IMG/VR virus record: IMGVR_UViG_3300025828_000030
Location: 1 to 55,951 of that record
Reading direction: 5' to 3' (one strand)
Origin: a virus
Taxonomy: Duplodnaviria > Caudoviricetes
DNA length: 55,951 nucleotides
In this document: positions 34,435-44,949 of the stretch, one piece after another
Numbering within the stretch: position 1 is the stretch's first letter
Layout of the letters: every line of letters begins with the position of its first letter
Position numbers and translations under genes: made by a program
Notes under the pieces: model-generated
Told to the model about the DNA's origin: nothing
Databases searched by the model: none
What the model saw: only the letters and a program-made list of their open reading frames with translations

Positions 34435-35315
34435 GTGATGTAAAGCTACCAGATATGCTAGAGGATTATCCACATAAAAAGATTGGAGATGCTTTTTACT
34501 TTCCAAACCTGGATAACCAAACTTACCATAATGGACCTGGAATATCCTCGTCTAACATACGAAGATTCAGTCAGAGTCAGCTTCATGCTTTTGAAGAAGT
34601 AATAGAGCCAACACCTGCTATGAACTTTGGATCTGCTGCTCACTCTCTCATTGTTGAGGGAGAGGGTGCTTTCTTTACAGATGTCGTGACTATATCGGGA
34701 TCTCCATACACTAATACAAACAAAGCTTTAAAGAAAGAAAGTCTTGATAAAGGTTTGATTGTTATTAATGAAAAGGACAAAGATACCATATATAGCATGA
34801 ATAACAGCTTAGTAACGGAGGCGAGAGCTTATCTAAATCCAGATAAAGACTATCCCCAGGTTTTTGATTCACCCTACGAGGTGTCTATTTACTGGTATGA
34901 ACGAGGATTGCTATGTAAAACTAGAGCAGACGTGGTGCTGAATCCATTTCAAATGCCACAAGGAGAAAACTCTATTGTCCTTGTAGATTACAAAACTAGT
35001 AGCGATTGTTCTATTAGAGGATTTACTAATTCTGTTAGACGTTATTCTTACGACCTTCAAGCAGCTTGGTATAAACGTGGCTTTGAACAAGCAGGTTTTA
35101 AGGTGCATGACTTTGTTTTTGTAGCACAGGAAAAGAAAATACCTTATGCTAACAAAGTATTCAAAATGAACCATTCCGATATGGAAATAGGTTGGAACTT
35201 TCTTAGTGATCATTTAGAAGAATACAACAATGTTTTAAACGGTAAACCAGCTACTATATACAATAGTCCTAATGTTGTAGATATAGACACTGGTAATTTT
35301 TATAGAGAGGAATAA
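34431..35315 (+). CDS. RecE/exonuclease VIII-like PD-(D/E)XK nuclease (DUF3799)
   Basis: YH..ISSS, FGSAAH, KTRADV..LVDYKT, YDLQAAWY, FVFVAQEK. Confidence 0.85.
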   Translation: MSDVKLPDMLEDYPHKKIGDAFYFPNLDNQTYHNGPGISSSNIRRFSQSQLHAFEEVIEPTPAMNFGSAAHSLIVEGEGAFFTDVVTISGSPYTNTNKALKKESLDKGLIVINEKDKDTIYSMNNSLVTEARAYLNPDKDYPQVFDSPYEVSIYWYERGLLCKTRADVVLNPFQMPQGENSIVLVDYKTSSDCSIRGFTNSVRRYSYDLQAAWYKRGFEQAGFKVHDFVFVAQEKKIPYANKVFKMNHSDMEIGWNFLSDHLEEYNNVLNGKPATIYNSPNVVDIDTGNFYREE

Positions 35316-35319
35316 CACA

Positions 35320-35490
35320 ATGATAAAGAAGTTTTTTATCAAACTAGATAGATTTATTTATAAACACTGGAGCAGAACTGCCAGATCTATAATGCGTCTT
35401 TTTGGCATGAAGGTTGAACAAGACATAGACTGGTTGAATATGCACAACAATATGATGGAGGATGGAAAAAATGTTTCCAGAGATAGATAA
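35320..35490 (+). CDS. Small protein (56 aa)
   Basis: GAGG RBS; MIKKFFIKLDRFIYKHW... Confidence 0.55.
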   Translation: MIKKFFIKLDRFIYKHWSRTARSIMRLFGMKVEQDIDWLNMHNNMMEDGKNVSRDR

Positions 35491-35701
35491 CGTAAACCAC
35501 CCGGCACATTATAATGCAGGTGGCGTGGAGTGTATTGAGGCAATTAAGTCTGCACTTACAAGAGAAGAGTTCCATGGATATTTAAAGGCCAATGCCATGA
35601 AATATATTTGGAGAGAAAATTACAAAGGCAAAAACATTGAAGATCTACAGAAAGCAGTCTGGTATCTCAATCGCTGTATTAAGGAATTGGAGGAGATGTG
35701 A
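35462..35701 (+). CDS. DUF3310 (SaV / T7 gp1.7-like) protein
   Basis: VNHPAHY..ECIEAI..NAMKYIWR..KG..EDLQKAVWYL. Confidence 0.88.
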   Translation: MEKMFPEIDNVNHPAHYNAGGVECIEAIKSALTREEFHGYLKANAMKYIWRENYKGKNIEDLQKAVWYLNRCIKELEEM

Positions 35702-35775
35702 TAGATCTAAATTTACTCATTGGGCTTACAGTGTGTCTCCTTATAGCATACGCTTTCTCCCAACAAGAACCATAA
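35698..35775 (+). CDS. Micro membrane peptide (25 aa)
   Basis: MIDLNLLIGLTVCLLIAYAFSQQEP; GTGA overlap; ends just before a terminator. Confidence 0.45.
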   Translation: MIDLNLLIGLTVCLLIAYAFSQQEP

Positions 35776-35805
35776 GAAAAGGGGCATAAAGCCCCTTCTT
35801 TTTTT
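35776..35805. terminator. Bidirectional terminator between convergent operons
   Basis: AAGGGGC-ATAAA-GCCCCTT with an A-run before and a T-run after. Confidence 0.8.
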
Positions 35806-35814
35806 GTGCCTACC

Positions 35815-36276
35815 TTAGAAAGGTGGGACAGCTTCTTTTGGTGGACTCATGTTAGCATCAGCTTCTGGCAAATATAATCTGATCTTAGTCTTCTTAGTAT
35901 TTACCACACCGTTGTCACCTTGGAACTGATCATCAATCTGTTCAGTTTTAAGTATGAGTCTTTTACCTACAAAGTCTGTATGACTTTCAGGATACTTCTT
36001 AAATCCAACAGCTTTCGTAAGCCTGGTGAATATCTCCGTGCTTATTCTTTTGTTGTCTTCATTAGTAGCCCATAGGTTATACCATTCGTTGTGGTCTTTG
36101 TATTTACCACCGTCTAGTTGAAATGTAACTTTCAACGTCCAATTACCAGCATTAGATTTATATTTATCTGTAGCAATAACTTGTGCGTTATGCTCTCCAT
36201 CTGGTGCAAGAGGTGTGCTGTTAGATGACAGCTCCTCTAAGTTATCAAAAAATTCTACATCACCAAAATCAGACAT
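35815..36276 (-). CDS. DUF669-like single-stranded DNA-binding protein
   Basis: PDGEH..LKVTF..YNL; PPF C-terminus; downstream of a Sak4-like ATPase. Confidence 0.7.
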   Translation of the reverse strand: MSDFGDVEFFDNLEELSSNSTPLAPDGEHNAQVIATDKYKSNAGNWTLKVTFQLDGGKYKDHNEWYNLWATNEDNKRISTEIFTRLTKAVGFKKYPESHTDFVGKRLILKTEQIDDQFQGDNGVVNTKKTKIRLYLPEADANMSPPKEAVPPF

Positions 36277-36991
36277 TCGTTTCTCCTATATTATTATTGG
36301 TTAATGAAAACCCTAACTTTTCAATTAAGGCACTTATATTAGGTTTCTCAAAATTATCAAGTTTACCACTTCGGTCTTTAGCTTTGTAGCCTTGTCCGTA
36401 TGCGGTTTGCAACCACCTAGTTTGCACATTCTTACCATCCTCATCTTGATCTTCAATGATGCGTAAAGCAAGAACTTCGTCAAAGAAATATGTTATTGAT
36501 TCGCCTAACTTAGTTCCCACCATCTTAGGTGCGTGTCTAAGAACACCATCATCATTAACCACATCTTCTTTACATAAAAATAATACGTGCATATTTAGAT
36601 CTCTAAAAGCACGCATTAAATTAGTAACGGATTCCTGAACATTACCATATGCCATACGTGGATCTTTACTACGAGACTTCTCCCATACCAATAAAATCTC
36701 ACTTATTTCGGATACTGAATCCAAAACAACTGTGTCATATTGTAATTGACCAGACTTAAGAGCATTATGAAGTTCCATTACTTCAGCAGCTTCTTTAACT
36801 TCTATAGCATCAACATTGCCTGCATCTCTAATAGAGAGCAGTCCAGCTTCAGCACTTATTACAAGAACTTTACCTGGAGCAGTTTTAGCTAGAGTTGTTT
36901 TACCCGCTCCGGCCATTCCATATACCAAGATTTTTGCACCTTGATCCTGGACCAGCTTTTGCGGAGATACAATTCTATTTGATAATTCCAT
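36269..36991 (-). CDS. AAA_24 / Sak4-like recombination ATPase
   Basis: LVYGMAGAGKT, VVLDSVSE, AKDRSG. Confidence 0.85.
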   Translation of the reverse strand: MELSNRIVSPQKLVQDQGAKILVYGMAGAGKTTLAKTAPGKVLVISAEAGLLSIRDAGNVDAIEVKEAAEVMELHNALKSGQLQYDTVVLDSVSEISEILLVWEKSRSKDPRMAYGNVQESVTNLMRAFRDLNMHVLFLCKEDVVNDDGVLRHAPKMVGTKLGESITYFFDEVLALRIIEDQDEDGKNVQTRWLQTAYGQGYKAKDRSGKLDNFEKPNISALIEKLGFSLTNNNIGETNV

Positions 36992-37090
36992 TTCTCAATC
37001 TCCTTTAAATTAAAATTAACTTGCATATTATATACTAGATAGATACAATATGTAAAACTTATTTTTACAATATGTTGACAAGGAGAAGTA

Positions 37091-37438
37091 ATGGACAATA
37101 TAGATAAAGAAACCCACACCTGGCAGGCTAATTATTATTTTAGGACAAAGACATTAGCAACAAGAAAACTTAAGGAATTTGAAACCATGGGAATAAAACC
37201 AAATCATACTGATAGAAAGGTTAAGAAGTATACCCTTAGAGATTACATTGAGTTCTTAGGACAGAAGGAAGCTGCAAAACAGTTTGGATGTTCTGAGGCT
37301 TCTTGCAAGTCTTGGAGGTATGGGTATCGACAACCGACAATAAACCAAGCAAAGCAAATCATACGAGCAACTGATGGTAGATTAGATTATGAGTCTATTT
37401 ATGGACCTATAGCTGAAATACTAGAAACAGAAGCTTAA
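37091..37438 (+). CDS. Cro-like HTH regulator
   Basis: GQKEAAKQFGCSEASCKSWRYGYRQP..IIRATDG. Confidence 0.75.
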   Translation: MDNIDKETHTWQANYYFRTKTLATRKLKEFETMGIKPNHTDRKVKKYTLRDYIEFLGQKEAAKQFGCSEASCKSWRYGYRQPTINQAKQIIRATDGRLDYESIYGPIAEILETEA

Positions 37439-37439
37439 T

Positions 37440-39560
37440 GTGTTTGAGCTAAATATAACTGAGGATAATTCTTCCTTAGAGCAAGCACTCGCCTATTATG
37501 ATGAAGGCTACAATGTTGTGCCCTTGCAAAGGTCAAACAAAAAGCCACCATCTTTTCTTGGTAGTTGGGAACAATATAAAGAAACACGGCCATCGAGAGA
37601 GTTAGTAGAGTCTTGGTTTAAAGGTAGAGACAACCTAGTCGTTGCACTAGTTTGTGGTAAGTTTGTCGTTGTAGACGCAGACTCACCAGAGGCTATGGAT
37701 TGGGTTGAGAAGAATCTACCAGCCTGTCCTTACAAAGTTATTACAGGTAAGGGTATGCACTATTACTACAATAACCCAGAGAACTATACGACTTTTGCTA
37801 CAAGAAGAACTGCTGAAACACCTATAGAACGCTTAATAGATATACGGGGTGTTGGCGGATTAATAATAGCACCATACAACAGACACGCTAATGGTCAGGT
37901 ATATAAGCCTGTAACCTTTCCAGATTGGAAGATCTATGACCATAGTGATTTGCCAGACTTTACAGAGGTTGAGTTTCAAAAAATAACTGGTGTTCCTAAA
38001 ACTGATACAGGTGTTCAAACTGCACCCTTCTCACTAGATGGTGTATTAGAAGGATCCAGGAACGATCAAGCTGCACGTATTGCAGGGTATCTTATATCTA
38101 AGAATGTAAACTTAGAGTTTGTTAGGATCTTTTTGCAAAACTGGAATACCAACAATAACCCACCCTTACCACAATCAGAGATAGATGGCGTAGTAGAAAG
38201 CGTCAAGAACACACACGATAGAAAGAATCAGTTAGCACCATTATTTACCCAAGTTACAGAAACCATACAAAAACCAAAAGATCTATTCAATCCTCCAGGC
38301 CTGCTTAAAGATATGTTTAAGTTTTGTGAAGAGATAGCACAAGTGCCACAGCCTGAACTATCACTTGTAGGTGCATTAGCCCTAGCTAGTGTTACCTGTG
38401 GACGTATCTATAGAACCAATATGAATAACTTTTCTTCTATGTATTTCATGGGTATCGCTAAGTCAGGTCAAGGTAAAGAAAATATAAAAACATTTGTAGA
38501 GTCAGTATTAAACGCATCTGATTATGAAAAGCTTGTTGTAGGTGATGGTTATACATCAAGTGGTGCTGTTCACTCGGTATTAAAGATGCGTCCAACACAG
38601 ATAACCATTATGGATGAATTTGGTAAAAGATTAGAGGCTATAAGTAATTCAGGTAATACCAATAAAGAGGATGGTATACAAACACTCATGGAAGCCTGGG
38701 GTCGTTGTCATGGCACATTAAGACCTGATAACTACTCTTTAATGAATGTTCAAGAACAATATAAAGAAATGATGATGAGCCGTGTTACCCATAAACCAGC
38801 TATAACATTGGTTGGCTTATCAGTTCCTAAAAACTTTTATAGTGCGTTAAATGGTGGCAGGATTGCAGACGGGTTCCTAAACCGCTTTGTAGTCGTTGAA
38901 TCAACTGAGCCAAGGAGAGTGGGTGAACTCAAAAGATTCAAATCGCCACCAACCTCTATAGTCAACTGGGTCAACTACATAAGAAGACCCAGAGGAACTA
39001 TGAGTGATTTATCTAGGGACAATGCAGAAATGGATCTAGATCAGATTGTATTAGACTTTGATAGGGAGTCTGAAGAAATACTACAAGACTTTGCAAGAGA
39101 AATAATTAAAAGACAAGATATATTAGAAAAAGATAACCTAGAGCCTCTTCTAAGCCGTTCTAAGGAGAAAGCAATGCGTTTATCGTTGTTATGCACTCTT
39201 GCCTCTAATGCTGACGCTAAGATGATTACAGGAGATGTAACAAAGTGGGCTGTAGACTTTATTAGATATTATGACCTGTTATTCATAGAAGCTTGTAGAG
39301 ATAAGGTGGCTAGTAGTGCAACTGAATCTAAGATCAAGCAAGTATTATCCTTTATTAGATCCAGGAATGGAGAGGGTATATCTAAACGTGAAGTAGATAG
39401 ACACGAACTATTCCGTAGTATGAAGTCTTATGAAGTCAAAGAAATTATTGAAAGACTTAAGAATGCAGGAGAGATACAAGAGGTTGAGATAAAGATAGGT
39501 GGTAAAGGAAGACCTGCTAAACGCTTTGTAGCTGTAGATCCAAACTTCTTTGCTGATTAA
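37440..39560 (+). CDS. Bifunctional primase-polymerase (Prim-Pol + PriCT-1) fused to DUF3987-like helicase
   Basis: VVPL..KKP..W, VVDAD, GKGMHYYY, DIRGVGG, GSRND, PPL..E; P-loop AKSGQGKE, IMDEF, DGFLNRF. Confidence 0.88.
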   Translation: MFELNITEDNSSLEQALAYYDEGYNVVPLQRSNKKPPSFLGSWEQYKETRPSRELVESWFKGRDNLVVALVCGKFVVVDADSPEAMDWVEKNLPACPYKVITGKGMHYYYNNPENYTTFATRRTAETPIERLIDIRGVGGLIIAPYNRHANGQVYKPVTFPDWKIYDHSDLPDFTEVEFQKITGVPKTDTGVQTAPFSLDGVLEGSRNDQAARIAGYLISKNVNLEFVRIFLQNWNTNNNPPLPQSEIDGVVESVKNTHDRKNQLAPLFTQVTETIQKPKDLFNPPGLLKDMFKFCEEIAQVPQPELSLVGALALASVTCGRIYRTNMNNFSSMYFMGIAKSGQGKENIKTFVESVLNASDYEKLVVGDGYTSSGAVHSVLKMRPTQITIMDEFGKRLEAISNSGNTNKEDGIQTLMEAWGRCHGTLRPDNYSLMNVQEQYKEMMMSRVTHKPAITLVGLSVPKNFYSALNGGRIADGFLNRFVVVESTEPRRVGELKRFKSPPTSIVNWVNYIRRPRGTMSDLSRDNAEMDLDQIVLDFDRESEEILQDFAREIIKRQDILEKDNLEPLLSRSKEKAMRLSLLCTLASNADAKMITGDVTKWAVDFIRYYDLLFIEACRDKVASSATESKIKQVLSFIRSRNGEGISKREVDRHELFRSMKSYEVKEIIERLKNAGEIQEVEIKIGGKGRPAKRFVAVDPNFFAD

Positions 39561-42500
39561 AGTATAGGTCTACCAGCTACCTGTTCTGCAAAATCTAATC
39601 TTTCTTGCGATAAAGGATCTGTCGGTGTCTGTGGTGTTTGCACTGGTGCTATCTGTGGTAGTCCTGGTTGTGTAATGAGTGGTGCTAATACTCTTTCTCT
39701 TAGTTCCTGGAATGTTGACGCACCTTCTTGTGTTGCACCAGATACATCATCACCTGTAATACCAACAGCCGTTGCACTAGCACCTAGTCCAGCATCAACT
39801 AATCCTGTTAGTTCTTCTGTAAATGGTACGAGTTCACCATCAATAAATCTTACACCTGCTTGTCTTGCTGCTGTATTAAATATCTTCATGGCTTGTGCTA
39901 TAGATCCTTGATCAGTTTTTGACATAAGACTTACAAAAGTTCTGTTAGTAAATAAAGCTCTTACAATAGCTAAACTAGTTAATATAGGTAAGGTAGATAA
40001 AGGATTAAATACAACACTAGCTGCAATACCTGCAGCAACAAGACCACCAGCTCCACCACTTCTACCAGATTCACCAATAGTTAATACGTCTATTTCTTTT
40101 TGGAAGTTACGCAAACCTTTTGCTATATCTCTGCCAAACATAGCTTCTAGTGTTTCATCACCGTATGAGTCTAGTGCAGTCTTAAGGTTTTGATGTTTAA
40201 ATAAATCAGTAATTTTACCTTTACCATTGAAGTCAATAGACTTAGATAAAAGCTTTTGCATACTAGCTTGTTGTATGTTGTTAAACACATCAGGGCTAAC
40301 TGTAGCTTTTAATCTTTCAATATTACCTGCTGAACCAGGTCTAAAGATACTATTAACTGTTTCTTCTATACCTCTTTCAGGTAATTGAGATATGGCTCTG
40401 TTTGCTTCAAACTTGGCTCTCTCGTCAGAGGCTTCAGCTAATTCTTTCAATCCTTTAATAAACGCCTGGCCTTGTTGATTTGCATTTAAACCTTGACTAG
40501 CATTCTTAGTAGTAAAGTCATTTACAAGGTTTTTAAGTGCTTGTGGTTTAAGATTTGGACTAATCATGTTTAATTGATCAATCGTTTCTTTTACAAGCTT
40601 GCCAGAGGTTTGACCTGTAGTTGAGTCGGTAAAAAGTGAGTCAAACTTACCAACATTTTCCATGTCAAACTTTTTAATCTGTCTTGCAAACTCTGTAAAG
40701 TTTACATCTGTTAAACCATCTTTTGTTGCACTTTGAAAAGCATCTGCAAAAAGTCTTTGTTTTAGTTGTGCTTTTAGTGCATTCTCTGTAGTTATAAATT
40801 TACCTGCATCATCTGTACTTGCTTTACCAATTCTCTGAAGATAAAGATCATATTCACGTAATGCTTCAAAAACATTATCAAGCTGTGTTTTAGTTCCTTT
40901 GAGTATTGCATCTGAATAAACTCTGTCTGCGTTAATAGATCCTTTCTTTGCATTGGATATAAGTTTTTCCATTTGCAAAGTATCAAAAGGTTGCATCCTT
41001 TCAAAATGTAGTTTATTTGCGTCTCTAAGGTCTGATACGGCTCTTTTAATTAAAATGTCGTCTTCAGGTCTAAGTCTTAAACCATCTCTTGCTAAAGCTT
41101 CTTTAATTAACTTTGTACCGTCTCTTTCTAGTTCCGTAAGTATACTGTCACCATTATTAAGACTTCTACCGTTTACCATATTGTAGTCATCAAGTGTTCT
41201 CATAACATCTGTAAGTAACTTTCTTTCATGGGATGTTCCAATAACTTCTGTAGTAAAGTCCCTAATATTACTAATATCGTTTCTTATTTCTTGTAAGCTT
41301 ATTCCAGGTCCATCACCATCTATTGCTTTTTGAGCTCTTGCTGCCATGTTTTTTAAGATGCCATCTAGTTGCTCTACTACACCACCAGATATTTCTTGAC
41401 CCGGTTGTTTAAGTTTCCAAAAGTTACCACTTTGTTTGTAAGATGCTACAAGATCTTCTGCGACTCTTACGTGCTTGAGAATTACATTGTTTATAGCTTT
41501 GTTGATAATTCTTGCTTTTGTTTGATCTGTTTCATTTTTAAGAGATCCCACTATTGGGTTGCCTCTACCATCAATCTCTATTTTATTAGGGCTAGCAATA
41601 TCTAAGAATTTTTTATCTACAGCTCTATATCTTTCACCACTTTCTCTTGTGACTGCACCTCTAGCCGCAGATAAAGTATCTTTGAGAGTTTCACCAAAGG
41701 CTTGTCTTGATGGTACTGTGCCATAGTTACTTACCTCTAATATATCTTCGCCTATATCACCAAGTAGTTTTTTAAGTGTGTTGGTTACTTCAGCTTCTTG
41801 TAATCTTAGTTTCTGTAGAGCAGCATTTACTTGTTCGTCTAATCCTGCTTTGGAAGATTGCGATATATAAGAATTTAGAGCCTCTCTTTCATTTTTAATA
41901 CCAGACAAAATGTTATCTAGTTCAGCTCTTAATACAGCTGCATTAGCTTTATCTCTGTTATTACCAAGAGTTTGTTCGGCAAATTGTTGATATTTACCTG
42001 GGAGCATTCTTTCTAATGTTTGCTGTGATGGTATGGCACCTTTAGAGTAACTGTAATCAAATCTTTTTACTTTGCCATCTTTAATCGCTTTCTTGATTTC
42101 TCTTTCAGTCGCTTCTCTTCCTAAGCTTTCATCTAATTTCTTAACATCGTTCCAACTTCTGTTTTTAGTTAGCTGATATACAATCCTTTGATTTTCAATA
42201 GGAGCACGTTTGCCTAAAAACATTCTGTATACTTTTGCAGGTATTTCACCTAGAACACCTTGGCCAACAGATCCAATAATAAATTCTTCTTTTAATAAGT
42301 CACTTACTTCATCTGCATCTTGAAGTTGAAAACCCTCTTGTGCATCAAGATATTCTTCAGCAGCTTTACCACCAGAAGAACCAACACCAGCTGCAAGAGT
42401 GTTAGCTAGTGGTTTTCTACCACCTAATAAAGATGTTAAAACTTTTAAAACTCTTGTTTGAGGCATGAATGCAGCTATAGTTCCTATAACAGGTCCAGCA

Positions 42501-42979
42501 ATGCCTGATAAATCTGCTAAATCTCCTGTTGCTAGGTTAAAATCTTTTTCATCTATAACTGTGTTTAAGTTGATGATAGAGCCATCTTGTAATCGCCTTT
42601 GTTGTACTGGTTGCCCTAATAACTCCAAACCATAAGGAGTGAGTGCTAGTTGCCCTTTAGTATTTCTTACATAACCTTGTGGACCCACGGCATTATCCAT
42701 GATGTCTTCTTGTTCAATAGGGGACTTGGTGCTTTGTATCTTTTCTAATAGATCATTAAGTATCTTGTTTTCTTCTTGCTCTGTTTCAGCTCTACCCAAT
42801 CTTTGTCTTAGTTCTTGTGCATTTACACCAGTTTCGTAGTCAAAGAAAAGCTCATCATAAAATGGCGATACAGCACCTTTAGCTATCTCTGCTCTAGCTT
42901 TCTTTCTTGCTTCATCCTCGTTTGATGCGTCTATAAGTTGAGAAACACCTGGAGCTATATTAACTCTAAACCTTGGCAT
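39557..42979 (-). CDS. Large internal virion/ejection protein
   Basis: 1140 aa, helical, hydrophobic segment near the C-terminus; last of three large genes after the tail nozzle. Confidence 0.65.
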   Translation of the reverse strand: MPRFRVNIAPGVSQLIDASNEDEARKKARAEIAKGAVSPFYDELFFDYETGVNAQELRQRLGRAETEQEENKILNDLLEKIQSTKSPIEQEDIMDNAVGPQGYVRNTKGQLALTPYGLELLGQPVQQRRLQDGSIINLNTVIDEKDFNLATGDLADLSGIAGPVIGTIAAFMPQTRVLKVLTSLLGGRKPLANTLAAGVGSSGGKAAEEYLDAQEGFQLQDADEVSDLLKEEFIIGSVGQGVLGEIPAKVYRMFLGKRAPIENQRIVYQLTKNRSWNDVKKLDESLGREATEREIKKAIKDGKVKRFDYSYSKGAIPSQQTLERMLPGKYQQFAEQTLGNNRDKANAAVLRAELDNILSGIKNEREALNSYISQSSKAGLDEQVNAALQKLRLQEAEVTNTLKKLLGDIGEDILEVSNYGTVPSRQAFGETLKDTLSAARGAVTRESGERYRAVDKKFLDIASPNKIEIDGRGNPIVGSLKNETDQTKARIINKAINNVILKHVRVAEDLVASYKQSGNFWKLKQPGQEISGGVVEQLDGILKNMAARAQKAIDGDGPGISLQEIRNDISNIRDFTTEVIGTSHERKLLTDVMRTLDDYNMVNGRSLNNGDSILTELERDGTKLIKEALARDGLRLRPEDDILIKRAVSDLRDANKLHFERMQPFDTLQMEKLISNAKKGSINADRVYSDAILKGTKTQLDNVFEALREYDLYLQRIGKASTDDAGKFITTENALKAQLKQRLFADAFQSATKDGLTDVNFTEFARQIKKFDMENVGKFDSLFTDSTTGQTSGKLVKETIDQLNMISPNLKPQALKNLVNDFTTKNASQGLNANQQGQAFIKGLKELAEASDERAKFEANRAISQLPERGIEETVNSIFRPGSAGNIERLKATVSPDVFNNIQQASMQKLLSKSIDFNGKGKITDLFKHQNLKTALDSYGDETLEAMFGRDIAKGLRNFQKEIDVLTIGESGRSGGAGGLVAAGIAASVVFNPLSTLPILTSLAIVRALFTNRTFVSLMSKTDQGSIAQAMKIFNTAARQAGVRFIDGELVPFTEELTGLVDAGLGASATAVGITGDDVSGATQEGASTFQELRERVLAPLITQPGLPQIAPVQTPQTPTDPLSQERLDFAEQVAGRPIL

Positions 42980-44949
42980 TATAAATCTATATCTATTACA
43001 GAGGAGTTACCTGTTACTCCTGATGTTGTACCAGTGACACCTTCAGCAGGTTGACCGCTTATGATTCTTAATATGCTTTCAAGATAAGGACTAAGTGCCT
43101 GTATACCCACTCCTTGATAAGAAGGATTTTGTATTATTGAATACTTACCTTCAATAATTCTTTTCTTGTCTTCGTTGTTTCTAATTAGGTTAGCCCTAGC
43201 ATTTGCCAGTTTTTTCCTAATTTCTTTAGGATCACCAGTTAAATCTAATTCACCAAATACCTTGTCTACTATTTCTCTATCTAAGTTAGATATGGTTCTA
43301 CCAGACTCATTAAGTATTTCTCTAATGCTTCTTTGTTTTACTTGGTCAATATAGTTTTGTATTTTTGTAGAATCACTAACATTTGTATCTGTTGCACCCA
43401 TGAATGCTTTTAGTTTATCTACACCTCTAACTGCGTATCCTGGTAGACCTGTAATAGGCACACCGTCTTTAATAGCAGCATCAAATAAATCTATAGCTGA
43501 GTTCATAATATCTATAGATGCTTCTGTACCTTCGTAATCTTTTACAGTTGTACTTATTTCAGTTATGTCTGTTTGTAATGCACCTAGCTCTGATGGTTTT
43601 AATCCTGTACCACTGCTACCTTGATTTTTAACTTTCTGTACAGCTATTGCCATAGCAAGATCTCTTTGATATTTTTTCTCTTCTTGCTCTTTGAGTAACT
43701 CTCTTGCAGTTCTTTCCTCTGCAGCTTTTGCAGCTCCAGTAGCAAGTCCTTCACCCATTTGTCCAGTAGCAACAAGTTGTCCACCAACATTTCTAATAAA
43801 GTCTAAGAATCTATCAGAGCCAAACAAACCAGTAGTTTCTTTTGGTACTACAGGTATTCTAGCTGTATTCCTAGTTTCTTCATCTTCTTCTGTGACTGTG
43901 GTATCTACTTTGATAAGGTCTGGTTTTTCTATTTCAAAAGTACCATCAAATTTAGCTTGTGTATCTGCTATGGTATCAGCCTCTGATCTATCTATATCTA
44001 TCTTCATTTCTGCTGGTAAAATTTCTTTGATAGCTTGAGTTATTTCATCATCTTGTTCTAGTCTGCCAGTTGGTAAAGGATCTCCAAATTCATCTCTACC
44101 TATTAAGGATTTTTCATATTCCATTCTTCTAGCTTCAAGATCAAAACCACCAACTGTTCCTGGTGCATAAACTTGTCCTAATGTTTCACTTTCTGTTTTA
44201 GGTACAAGAACAGGATCAGGCAATAAGTCTTTATCTGTTGGTATTTCGTCTACAGGTATAGGATCTACTGAAGCAACTTCAGGTTCTGGTGCTTTTATTT
44301 CCTTTATCTCATTAGAGAAGTCTTGTATGTCACCGACACCTGATCTTGATAAAACATCAATCAAAGTTTTTTGTGGTATACCTTGTCTTAACATACCACC
44401 CCTATCATAGACATCTAAGAGGTCATAATCACTTGCAGCACCAGTTATAGTCTCTGTGCTGAAAGGCATTCTTTCACCGCCAATACCACCTGGATAAATA
44501 TCACTTGGAGTAAATCCTTCTTCCATTCTTTTTTTACCACCTTCTCCTAAACCTAAACCAAGTTTATTGAAAAGGTTAATGCCACTTTCGACAGTTCCAA
44601 TGGCACCTTGGGTTAAAGCACCTCCAAGATCTCTAAATCCTGCTCTAGCTGTTAAGTAGTCAGGTAACTGTTGACCAAATTTAAACGTATTTGGATCAAC
44701 GCTAGAAATACCGCTTTGTTTCTCATAAACAATTTTCCTTAATATTTCCTGTGTGGCTGGGCTATAAGTAACATCGGGATTTTGTACGAAGCTTGTAATG
44801 GTAAAAGCATCTGATCTACTTAAATCATTGTAAAGTTTTTCTGGGTCAATAAAAGTTTTGGTATTATTAATTTTATCAATGAAGTAGTAACGATTATCTA
44901 CAGTAGCTTCTCCTCCAGCTTGAAACATTTTACGATTTAAAAAGTTCAT
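42979..44949 (-). CDS. Internal virion/ejection protein
   Basis: 656 aa; N-terminal LNRKMFQAGG; C-terminal GRTISNLDRE. Confidence 0.6.
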   Translation of the reverse strand: MNFLNRKMFQAGGEATVDNRYYFIDKINNTKTFIDPEKLYNDLSRSDAFTITSFVQNPDVTYSPATQEILRKIVYEKQSGISSVDPNTFKFGQQLPDYLTARAGFRDLGGALTQGAIGTVESGINLFNKLGLGLGEGGKKRMEEGFTPSDIYPGGIGGERMPFSTETITGAASDYDLLDVYDRGGMLRQGIPQKTLIDVLSRSGVGDIQDFSNEIKEIKAPEPEVASVDPIPVDEIPTDKDLLPDPVLVPKTESETLGQVYAPGTVGGFDLEARRMEYEKSLIGRDEFGDPLPTGRLEQDDEITQAIKEILPAEMKIDIDRSEADTIADTQAKFDGTFEIEKPDLIKVDTTVTEEDEETRNTARIPVVPKETTGLFGSDRFLDFIRNVGGQLVATGQMGEGLATGAAKAAEERTARELLKEQEEKKYQRDLAMAIAVQKVKNQGSSGTGLKPSELGALQTDITEISTTVKDYEGTEASIDIMNSAIDLFDAAIKDGVPITGLPGYAVRGVDKLKAFMGATDTNVSDSTKIQNYIDQVKQRSIREILNESGRTISNLDREIVDKVFGELDLTGDPKEIRKKLANARANLIRNNEDKKRIIEGKYSIIQNPSYQGVGIQALSPYLESILRIISGQPAEGVTGTTSGVTGNSSVIDIDL

